Below, piece after piece: positions 34,952-42,880 of a stretch of DNA of 45,737 nucleotides (its first letter is position 1; every line of letters starts with the position of its first letter). The translations under genes were made by a program, and so were the position numbers. The notes below the pieces were generated by a model, which saw only the letters and a list, made by a program, of their open reading frames with translations, made no database searches and was not told the DNA's origin. Source of the DNA: Candidatus Aenigmatarchaeota archaeon (lineage in GTDB: Archaea > Aenigmatarchaeota > Aenigmatarchaeia > QMZP01 > JAFGSV01); assembly GCA_021163005.1 (NCBI GenBank), contig JAGGXP010000023.1, positions 1 to 45,737 on the forward strand, in the 5' to 3' direction.

Positions 34952-35959
34952 ATGCTTAAGGTTGCTGTGAACGGATTCGGCCGTATAGGAAGGAATTTTC
35001 TCAAGGCTTCTCTCAGGAGCAGGGCATTCAGGGTTGTTGCCATAAACGACCTTGCTGATGCAGAAACTTTGGGAAGGCTGTTCAGGTATGATTCCGTCTT
35101 CGGCCCCTTTGACGGAAAGGTCGGCTGGGGGAAGGATTTCATCAGGGTCAACGGGCAGAAGATACAGGTGCTGTCAGAGAAGGACCCGTCGGTGCTGCCG
35201 TGGGGGAAGCTCGGCATAGATGTCGTGCTTGAGTCAACAGGCATATTCAGGACGTACGAGAAGGCGGAACTGCACCTGAAAGCGGGTGCGAAGAAGGTCC
35301 TGCTGTCAGCCCCGCCCAAGGGGGACAGGCCCATAAAGCAGATAGTTCTTGGTGTCAACGAGGGAACGTACGACCCGAAGCGCGACCTCATAATATCCAA
35401 TGCCTCATGCACCACCAACTGCCTCGCGCCGCTCGCGAAGGTCATAGACGACGCATTCGGCATAAAGAAGGGCTTCATGACCACCATACACGGCTACACG
35501 TCCGATCAGAGGCTGCTCGACGCCCCGCACAAGGACATGCGAAGGGCGAGGTCAGCTGCCATGAACATCATACCGACCAGCACAGGGGCGGCCAAGGCCC
35601 TCGGGAAGGTCATACCTCATCTCGACAGGAAGGTCACCGGCTCCGCAATAAGGGTGCCTGTGGCTGACGGCTCGATAGTTGACCTCGTGGTGGAGCTCAG
35701 GAAGCCGGCTCCGCCGGAAAAGGTCAACGAGGCTGTCAGGAAGGCCGCTGAGGGGAAGCTCAAAGGCATACTCCAGTATTCGGAGGAGCCGCTCGTTTCC
35801 AGCGATGTCATAGGCAACCCTCATTCATCCATATTCGACTCACTGCTGACAAACATGGAGGGCGACCTTATCGAGGTGTTCTCGTGGTACGACAATGAAT
35901 GGGGATATTCGAACAGGCTTGTCGATGTCATAGAACTGATGAAGAAGAAATGGAAGTGA
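34952..35959 (+). CDS. gapA: bacterial-type (class I) glyceraldehyde-3-phosphate dehydrogenase
   Basis: NGFGRIGR, INDL, ESTG, SNASCTTNCLAP, WYDNEWGYS; RBS GAGGTG upstream. Confidence 0.96.
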   Translation: MLKVAVNGFGRIGRNFLKASLRSRAFRVVAINDLADAETLGRLFRYDSVFGPFDGKVGWGKDFIRVNGQKIQVLSEKDPSVLPWGKLGIDVVLESTGIFRTYEKAELHLKAGAKKVLLSAPPKGDRPIKQIVLGVNEGTYDPKRDLIISNASCTTNCLAPLAKVIDDAFGIKKGFMTTIHGYTSDQRLLDAPHKDMRRARSAAMNIIPTSTGAAKALGKVIPHLDRKVTGSAIRVPVADGSIVDLVVELRKPAPPEKVNEAVRKAAEGKLKGILQYSEEPLVSSDVIGNPHSSIFDSLLTNMEGDLIEVFSWYDNEWGYSNRLVDVIELMKKKWK

Positions 35960-35962
35960 AGC

Positions 35963-37339
35963 ATGATACGCTCAGTGGAAGAGCTGAAAAAGTCTGACAT
36001 TGAAGGCAAGACTGTTTTTATGAGGGGCTCTGCTGATGTGCCCATGGACGAGGACAAGGACCTATACGACATAACGCGCATAAAGGACACCAGCAGGATA
36101 GACTCATTCCTGCCGACGCTGGAATACCTGATAAAGAACGGCGCAAGGGTCATACTCCAGCCCGGCTGGATAGACAGGCCCGACGGCGTGGAGGAGAAAA
36201 AGAGCACGGCGCCCGTGTTCCTGTACATACGCGAGAAACTCGGCGAGAAAGGGATGCTCAAACATGAGATGCTGTTCGCGCCTTCCGAACTCAAGGGCAA
36301 AAAGCGCAGCATAGCGGAGAATTTCGACATCATAAAAGAGAAGGCGGCGCAGCTCGAGAACGGCCAGGTGATGGTACTCGAGAACCCGCGCTTCGACCGT
36401 CAATACAACAAGGGGGACGAGTCCTATGCAAGAACCATGGCCGGGATTGTCGATATATACGTTGCCGACGACTTCGCCCAGAGGCACAGGCCGGCCGCTG
36501 ACATAGTTCCCATGGTGAATCACGTGGAGAGGAAATACGCCGGCTTCCATCTGATGCATGAGATAGAGTACATAGGAGGCGTCACGAAAGAGCTCGAGAA
36601 GGATGAAAGGAAGCCGTTCGTGTTCATACTAGCGGGCAAGAAGATAGAAACCAAGCCGGGGGTGGTATCGAAGATAACCGTTGCTCTCAAGCTTCTGGAC
36701 AGGATGAAAAGCATGGACAGCATACTCGTTGGCGGCGCTGTCGCCTACACGTTCATGACAGCCGGGCACTATCTCGATGAGGTGAAAAGCGGGCCTGAGG
36801 CTGTTTCAAGGATATCATCCAGTGACATAAAAAAGCTCATAGGAGACTCCTACATGGCCAAAGAGCAGGTGCACGACCAAATCATGCTGGCGGGAAGGGT
36901 CCTGCTGAAGGCGAAGGAGAAAGGCATACGCGTGCTGCTGCCCAAGGATCATCTCATACTCAAGGAAGGCATGCTCGGAAAGAGGGAGCTGAAGGTGTCG
37001 GCGGATATACCCAGGGGATGGAAGGCCGTGGACATCGGCCCGCAGACCATAAAAGAGTTCGAGTATGCCATAGAGAGCGCCGGCTTCGTGGTCATGTCAG
37101 GCCCTGTCGGCATGTTCGACAAGAAGATTCCTGAGGCCGCGCAGGGAAGCAGGGCCGTGGCCAAGGCCATGGAAGAGGCGACAAAGCACGGCGTGGTGAC
37201 GGTTTCAGCTGGAGGGGAGAGCACGCTGCTCGTCAACACAGTGAAGGCAAGGATAAGCCACGCCAGCATAGGCGGCGGCTCAACGCTCGAATTCATAGAG
37301 AAAGGCACCCTTCCGGGGGTAGAGGTGCTTGAGAGCTGA
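35963..37339 (+). CDS. pgk: phosphoglycerate kinase family protein, divergent
   Basis: LENPRF, VDIGPQT, GPVGMFD and SIGGGS match the PGK fold, and it follows gapA. Several substrate-binding motifs are altered. Confidence 0.85.
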   Translation: MIRSVEELKKSDIEGKTVFMRGSADVPMDEDKDLYDITRIKDTSRIDSFLPTLEYLIKNGARVILQPGWIDRPDGVEEKKSTAPVFLYIREKLGEKGMLKHEMLFAPSELKGKKRSIAENFDIIKEKAAQLENGQVMVLENPRFDRQYNKGDESYARTMAGIVDIYVADDFAQRHRPAADIVPMVNHVERKYAGFHLMHEIEYIGGVTKELEKDERKPFVFILAGKKIETKPGVVSKITVALKLLDRMKSMDSILVGGAVAYTFMTAGHYLDEVKSGPEAVSRISSSDIKKLIGDSYMAKEQVHDQIMLAGRVLLKAKEKGIRVLLPKDHLILKEGMLGKRELKVSADIPRGWKAVDIGPQTIKEFEYAIESAGFVVMSGPVGMFDKKIPEAAQGSRAVAKAMEEATKHGVVTVSAGGESTLLVNTVKARISHASIGGGSTLEFIEKGTLPGVEVLES

Positions 37340-37344
37340 GGTTC

Positions 37345-38475
37345 ATGATAAGCGAAGCGCTCGCATGGGTCCAAGGGATGACCGGTGCTTATTACGACTA
37401 CATCGTGATGGCCGCCATAATAGCGATATCATTCCTCATAGGCAGAATTGCAAGCGGCATTATAACGCTCGTTGAGCACAGAATCGTGAAAAGGAGCAGC
37501 GGCACGCTGGATGACATGCTGCTCGAGGCGATAAAGGGCCCCGTGAAGGCCGGTGTGCTGCTGTTCGGCATCTTCCTTGCGCTGAAGTACTTACCGGACA
37601 TCGCTTCCAGCTCCTATTATGTCGGCCTCGCCTACACTGTCATGATTCCCGTATTCGTGGCCTATACTGCATCAAGGCTGACAGGGGCTGTCATAGAATG
37701 GTATTCTGCTGAAGTGGCGAAGAAGACAAGGACGCAGATTGACGACCAGTTCCTTCCCATACTGAAGAAGGCGGCTTACGGCATCATCTTCGGCGTCATG
37801 ATTCTGGTGATGTTCAACCAGCTCGGCGTGAGGGTGGAGACTGTCATAGCGGCCATGGGCATAGGCGGCCTTGCAGTTGCCCTCGCGCTCCAGCCGACGC
37901 TGTCGAACTTCTTTTCAGGGGCGCAGATGGTCGTAGACAGGCCCCTGCGCATAGGCGACTATATCGAGCTTGAGTCAGGCGACAAGGGAACAGTGGTTGA
38001 CATAGGATGGCGCAGCACTAAGATAAGGACGTTCACGAACAATGTCATAGTGCTGCCAAACACCAAGATAGCGGACAGCAAGATAATAAACTACAACAAC
38101 CCGAATCCTTCCGTCGGCTTCACTGTGGAATGCGGTGTTGCATACGGCACTGACCTTGAAAAAGCCGAATCCATAGCCAAGCAGGCGGCACGCGAGGTGA
38201 TGAGCACATGCAACGGCGTGAAGGACTTCGACCCCATCTTCCGCTACAGCGAATTCGGTGATTCCAGCATAAACTTCAAGGTCGTCATGAGAACGAAAAC
38301 ACTCGCGGACAGCTTCCTTGCGAAGCATGAGTTCATCAAGAAGCTCAAGAAGGCATTCGACTCCGAGGGCATAGAGATACCGTTCCCGCAGATTGATGTA
38401 CACGCAAAGCAGGATAAAGAGCCGCAGGCAAAGTACAGGAGGAAAAAGCCGGCAAAGCGCGCAAAGAGAAAATAG
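37345..38475 (+). CDS. mscS: small-conductance mechanosensitive channel
   Basis: GIGGLAVALALQPTLSNFFSG, IGDYI, IGWRSTKI, GIEIPFPQ. Confidence 0.95.
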   Translation: MISEALAWVQGMTGAYYDYIVMAAIIAISFLIGRIASGIITLVEHRIVKRSSGTLDDMLLEAIKGPVKAGVLLFGIFLALKYLPDIASSSYYVGLAYTVMIPVFVAYTASRLTGAVIEWYSAEVAKKTRTQIDDQFLPILKKAAYGIIFGVMILVMFNQLGVRVETVIAAMGIGGLAVALALQPTLSNFFSGAQMVVDRPLRIGDYIELESGDKGTVVDIGWRSTKIRTFTNNVIVLPNTKIADSKIINYNNPNPSVGFTVECGVAYGTDLEKAESIAKQAAREVMSTCNGVKDFDPIFRYSEFGDSSINFKVVMRTKTLADSFLAKHEFIKKLKKAFDSEGIEIPFPQIDVHAKQDKEPQAKYRRKKPAKRAKRK

Positions 38476-38479
38476 GCTT

Positions 38480-39220
38480 TTATTTCACTTCATTGAGCAC
38501 TCGTGCGCTGACATTGTCGAAATCCGGCAGCCTTGAAACAAGAGGCCCAAGTTCGCTTTTCCACACATTTTTCTTGTCCATGACATGCCTTATAAAGAGT
38601 CCGGCATCCCATTTTTTCCCGTAATATTCAAGCTTTTTTCTTATCAGCGGTATATCGAACGAGACGCCGTTTCCTATTAGAAACCATATATCGTAAAGGT
38701 CCCTCGCCTTCTGCCTCGTTACGACTGCTCTGACTTTCTCCGCAAGTATCTCCTTTTTATTCATCACAAACACGTCAAATACCGGAATTTCTTCCAGGAA
38801 TCTTCCTATGGTTTTTGTTACAGGAGGCTCAATTATCTTTTCACGAAAGCTGAAATCCAGAACGAGCCTGCACAGGCTTTGCCTTATCAATGAATAAAGC
38901 GGCCCCTTGATTCTCAAAATGACCTTCAGCCCTCTCTCGTATGTTTCCTTTTCCATTTCATACTCAATCCTGAACCTTTTCAGTCCGTTCAGTATGTTCC
39001 TGAGTTTCACTTCTTCTCTGCACGTGAAGTCGAGGTCTTCTGAAAATCTGTCGAGGCCGTAACATTTTTTGAGGGCAGTGCCGCCCTTAAACACTAGGTC
39101 GGCGCCGTGAATTCTGGAAATTATGAAAAGCAGTATATTCTGGAAATAATCCTTTTCTGCATGTCCGAGTGCTAACCCTGTCATTCTTGCGTATTCCTTC
39201 AGTTCTTCGGCTGTTATCAT
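38480..39220 (-). CDS. AbiEii-family nucleotidyltransferase toxin (type IV TA)
   Basis: EKDY, FKGGTAL, RFSEDLDF, EK.RA...R.KARDLYD. Confidence 0.92.
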   Translation of the reverse strand: MITAEELKEYARMTGLALGHAEKDYFQNILLFIISRIHGADLVFKGGTALKKCYGLDRFSEDLDFTCREEVKLRNILNGLKRFRIEYEMEKETYERGLKVILRIKGPLYSLIRQSLCRLVLDFSFREKIIEPPVTKTIGRFLEEIPVFDVFVMNKKEILAEKVRAVVTRQKARDLYDIWFLIGNGVSFDIPLIRKKLEYYGKKWDAGLFIRHVMDKKNVWKSELGPLVSRLPDFDNVSARVLNEVK

Positions 39221-39903
39221 ACTTTAACTCTCCATTTTGGATTTGTTTCTGTAAATCTTCCCGACACTCTGTCGAGCACAACGTAATTCTTGTCCAGCCT
39301 GAAATACCCTGAGATGTCGAGGCCCCTTGTTTTTTCGAGCATGAAACCAACCCTTTTGATGAGGGACTGGGAATCAATCTGCCTGAGATAGTTCACAAGC
39401 TTCTTTTCCGTAAATGATGCATTGGAAAATATCTTTTCTATTTCATCTATATTGCCGCATTTTTCCGGTCTTAGAAAAGCGTCTATCATGAGTTTCTCGT
39501 CCTCTGCTATGAAAATTTCGCCGTTGTCTGCCCTGATTTTCCTGTATCCGAAGAAATGCTTCATGGGCACGAATTCTATGTTACTGTTACCGAACCTGGC
39601 GGACCTTACAGGTCTCGTGCATGCTATCTGCAGCACATTCAGCACCTGCTCTGTGTATCCCAGAAAGGCAGAGGCGGACCAGAATGATATGTAAGATGGG
39701 TATGATATGTTGCTTGCCACCACATATATGTCGTCCTGCGTTGTGTAAATGTTTCTCGTGACCCGCTTTAACAATCCCCTCTCTCCCATCCTTCTGAGAA
39801 TCTGCCTTGCATAGGCATTGCTGCAATTGGCTGCTCTTTCTATATCCTGAACGCCAAACACAGGTTTGTTTTTGAATTTTTGCAGGAGAGTTATTACATT
39901 CAT
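39217..39903 (-). CDS. AbiEi-family antitoxin/transcriptional regulator
   Basis: N-terminal wHTH, PSYISFWSA, EKLMID; 4-nt overlap with AbiEii. Confidence 0.88.
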   Translation of the reverse strand: MNVITLLQKFKNKPVFGVQDIERAANCSNAYARQILRRMGERGLLKRVTRNIYTTQDDIYVVASNISYPSYISFWSASAFLGYTEQVLNVLQIACTRPVRSARFGNSNIEFVPMKHFFGYRKIRADNGEIFIAEDEKLMIDAFLRPEKCGNIDEIEKIFSNASFTEKKLVNYLRQIDSQSLIKRVGFMLEKTRGLDISGYFRLDKNYVVLDRVSGRFTETNPKWRVKV

Positions 39904-39932
39904 GATTATAATTCTTATTTTATGCTTATAAA

Positions 39933-39950
39933 GTTATCCTTTTTGATAAC
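39933..39950. promoter_or_regulatory. inverted repeat GTTATC-N6-GATAAC upstream of AbiEi
   Basis: Adjacent to the TATA-like box; AbiEi proteins are known to autorepress via inverted repeats. Confidence 0.45.
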
Positions 39951-40099
39951 ATTGAAGTGTTATATTAAGAAGATATCTCTTCTCCTTTCTTCATTTTGAA
40001 GAGTTTCTTTAGTTCCGCTGAGAGTCGTATGAAGAACTTATGAGTGTCTGACCAGATAAATGCCGGAGCGTTTTTATTTCTTTCATTCAACCATTTTCC

Positions 40100-40414
40100 A
40101 TGGAATACAGGATAGCGGAAGCGGACGGCTTCAGGATAAGGTACGCCGTGAATCCGGAGAACGGCTACAGCGCCATAGTGCCCACCGAGGACATAGACCT
40201 CGGCGGCGGAAACTACATATCAAGCTTTCCGGCGCCTTTTCGATTCACTGAAGGCGGGAAGGAGTATGTCCGCATATACAGGTTCAGCCATCCCGGCAGG
40301 CCCGACGGCGAGGGGAGGCCCACGTCGGTGTTCGTGGATGCCACGCCGGAATACCTGCCTGTCGAGGAATATGAGAAAATGGTCAACGAGCGGCGCCTGG
40401 CAGGGATGAATTAG
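40100..40414 (+). CDS. hypothetical protein
   Basis: 104-aa ORF filling the gap between defence cassettes; no recognised motif. Confidence 0.6.
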   Translation: MEYRIAEADGFRIRYAVNPENGYSAIVPTEDIDLGGGNYISSFPAPFRFTEGGKEYVRIYRFSHPGRPDGEGRPTSVFVDATPEYLPVEEYEKMVNERRLAGMN

Positions 40415-40443
40415 GAAGCTTTAACGGCTGCCCGTGGCAGATT

Positions 40444-41748
40444 TCATTCACTCTTATGCTCTTCCTTCTCCTTTGGCATTCCGAGGAGCCATTTCCATAG
40501 CGGCACGAATTTTATGCCGTCCCTTGTATCATCGAAATCCTTTGTCAATATCAGCAGTTCTTGTGTATCAGCACTGAATTTCTCTTTGAATTCCAGAAGG
40601 CCGTCCAGCTCCCGACTATTCACTTCATTCGTATAGCTCGCGTTTATTGCTGTGAGCCTGCCGTTTTTGTCTTTTACCACGAAGTCGACCTCTTTTCTGC
40701 CTTTCCAGTAATGGACGTCATAACCTCTTCGCTTCAATTCGATAAAAACCGTGTTTTCTGCGAGTCTGCCTTCATCCGCAGAAAACTTGAGGGCAACAGC
40801 ATTTCTGAGCCCGTTGTCTGTGCAATATACCTTGCTCGGGTTAACCTGCTGGACCTTTAACGAATAGCTAAAAAAGGGCACGAGATATATCAGGTTTATC
40901 TCGGTGAGGTAAGACAGATATTCCATTATTGTTTCTTTGCTTACTCTGGTTTCCTGTTTCAGTGCCTTATAATAGGCGTTTATGCTGAAAGGCGATGATA
41001 TGTTCGTTAAGAGGAACTTGGTCAGCCTTCTCAGTATCATTGTGTTTCTTATTGAGAATCTTTCAGCCAAATCCCTGTAAATGAGCAATTCGAAATAATT
41101 CAGCAGTATGTCACGCTTCAGCTCTTTGTCAAGCACTACCTCAGGAAATCCTCCGAAATCCAGATATTCATTCAGAAGATTCTTTATCTTGAACCTCAAC
41201 TCCGAATAGGCGAAATCCTTTGGTATGCTCAGTCCCTTGAATGCGAGGAATTCCCTGAAACTCAGGGGAAACAGGCGGAAAGCCAGGGTTCTCCCCCTCA
41301 GGCTGGTCGCTATTTCTTTGCTTAAAAGTTTTGAACTGGAACCGGTCACGTAAATTCTCGCATTTTCTTTGTCATAGACTCTTCTTACAAAAACCTCCCA
41401 ATTTTCAATGTTCTGGATTTCATCGAAAAAGAAGAACTTCTCTGCATTTTTGTTGTTGGGGTAAAGCTCGTAATAGGCGTCCAGCATGTCGTTAAGCTGG
41501 TCCGTGTCGAGCGGCAGCAGCCTGTCGTCCTCAAAGTTGATGTAAAGCAGGCGGTCTTTGGGTATGCCCATGTCCAGAAGCTCATTCATAATCTGGTAGA
41601 AATAGAATGTCTTTCCGGACCGTCTGGACCCTATGAGACTCGTTATTTTGTTCGTTTTTGGTATTCTGAGCTCCCTCTGGATTAGTGTAGGAAATTGGGA
41701 CTCGTGGAATTCTTTTATCACATATTTGAATGTTTCTGTTTTCTTCAT
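40444..41748 (-). CDS. AAA+ ATPase (AAA_14 + DUF4143, C-terminal nuclease-like fold)
   Basis: GSRRSGKT, FFFDEIQ, VTGSSS, GGFPE, DNGL, ENTVF, EVDFV. Confidence 0.9.
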   Translation of the reverse strand: MKKTETFKYVIKEFHESQFPTLIQRELRIPKTNKITSLIGSRRSGKTFYFYQIMNELLDMGIPKDRLLYINFEDDRLLPLDTDQLNDMLDAYYELYPNNKNAEKFFFFDEIQNIENWEVFVRRVYDKENARIYVTGSSSKLLSKEIATSLRGRTLAFRLFPLSFREFLAFKGLSIPKDFAYSELRFKIKNLLNEYLDFGGFPEVVLDKELKRDILLNYFELLIYRDLAERFSIRNTMILRRLTKFLLTNISSPFSINAYYKALKQETRVSKETIMEYLSYLTEINLIYLVPFFSYSLKVQQVNPSKVYCTDNGLRNAVALKFSADEGRLAENTVFIELKRRGYDVHYWKGRKEVDFVVKDKNGRLTAINASYTNEVNSRELDGLLEFKEKFSADTQELLILTKDFDDTRDGIKFVPLWKWLLGMPKEKEEHKSE

Positions 41749-41816
41749 GGTTTTATATATAAGACCACTTATTTATAAATCTATACTCTTATGAAAGACC
41801 ACTTTTATTTGTGAGC

Positions 41817-41888
41817 TCATCCGTTCTTCTTCTCTTCCTTCTCCTTTGCCTTCTGAATATTGTGTAGCCATTCCCTGTATTCGGAGTC
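41817..41888 (-). pseudogene. start-less remnant resembling the C-terminus of the large surface protein
   Basis: Translates as DSEYREWLHNIQKAKEKEEKKNG* versus TSEYLEWKRKYIEAKEKDDGGSE* in the same register; in-frame stop shortly upstream. Confidence 0.55.
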
Positions 41889-41930
41889 ACAGTATCCAAC
41901 CTGCCGTCAGCAGAAACGTTTTTATAGATG

Positions 41931-41948
41931 TATTACAATTATGTAATA
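41931..41948. promoter_or_regulatory. inverted repeat TATTACA-N4-TGTAATA before the HTH-MNT gene
   Basis: Perfect 7-bp arms between the TATA (TTTTATA) and the ATG. Confidence 0.5.
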
Positions 41949-41949
41949 T

Positions 41950-42489
41950 ATGTTACAAAAAAGTAGTATGATGAAAACTGCAGAAGTATTTTTTACGAGT
42001 CCTTCCAAGAAGCATTACCTGATGGATATAAGTAGGAGCATTGGTCTGGCCCATACATCTGTCAAGAAAAATCTTGACGAGTTGGTCAAAATGGAAATGA
42101 TAAAAGAATATGCGGAAAAGAAAGGCGGAAGGTCGTTTCCGCTTTACATGGCCAACACGGAAGGCAGACTCTTTAAGAGATGCAAAATTATTCATAATCT
42201 GTCTTTTCTCATGGAGTCAGGCGTAATAGATTTCATAGAAGAGAAACTGATGCCCAGATGCATTGTTCTCTTTGGCAGCTATCAGAAGGGGGAAGACACA
42301 GAAGACAGTGACATAGATATTTTTGTTGAATGTCCCGAAGAGAAACTGAATCTCAGAGGATTCGAGGAAAAACTGAACAGGAAGATAGAATTGCATTTCA
42401 ATGAAAGATTCGCGTCGTATCCGAAAGAACTGAAGAACAACATAATCAATGGTGTCGTCCTTATGGGATTTCTAGAGGGTTACGAGTGA
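41950..42489 (+). CDS. HTH-fused minimal nucleotidyltransferase (MNT antitoxin)
   Basis: N-terminal HTH (DISRSIGLAHTSV) and VLFGSYQKGEDTEDSDIDIF. Confidence 0.88.
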   Translation: MLQKSSMMKTAEVFFTSPSKKHYLMDISRSIGLAHTSVKKNLDELVKMEMIKEYAEKKGGRSFPLYMANTEGRLFKRCKIIHNLSFLMESGVIDFIEEKLMPRCIVLFGSYQKGEDTEDSDIDIFVECPEEKLNLRGFEEKLNRKIELHFNERFASYPKELKNNIINGVVLMGFLEGYE

Positions 42490-42878
42490 TTACGAAAATC
42501 AAACCGGACAAGCAAAAATCGGTGTCTCTCAGAAAAATGGCGGAAATAACGCTCGAAAGGCTGGAAGAAACCGACAAGGAGAAATATCCGTCGAACACGC
42601 TTACCGATTATTACGACGTAATGCACAAGCTGCTGGAAGCCATCAGCATAGCTGAAGGCATCAAAATTAAAGGCGAGGGCGCGCATCAGGAGCTTATAGA
42701 CTACATTGCAAAACATCATGGACTTGATGAGCAAATCAGGCAGTTTCTCCAGCAGATGAGGGAATACAGAAACCTAATATCATACGAGGGATTTGTGATA
42801 CACAGGAATTTTGTTGTGCTTAATGAGGAAAAGATGAAAAGAATCGTCAAAAAGCTGTTCGAACTGCTGGAAGGGTGA
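42486..42878 (+). CDS. HEPN-like protein (putative toxin)
   Basis: YYDVMH, GAH and RNLISY (R-x4-Y); GTGA overlap with the MNT gene. Confidence 0.75.
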   Translation: MITKIKPDKQKSVSLRKMAEITLERLEETDKEKYPSNTLTDYYDVMHKLLEAISIAEGIKIKGEGAHQELIDYIAKHHGLDEQIRQFLQQMREYRNLISYEGFVIHRNFVVLNEEKMKRIVKKLFELLEG

Positions 42879-42880
42879 CA

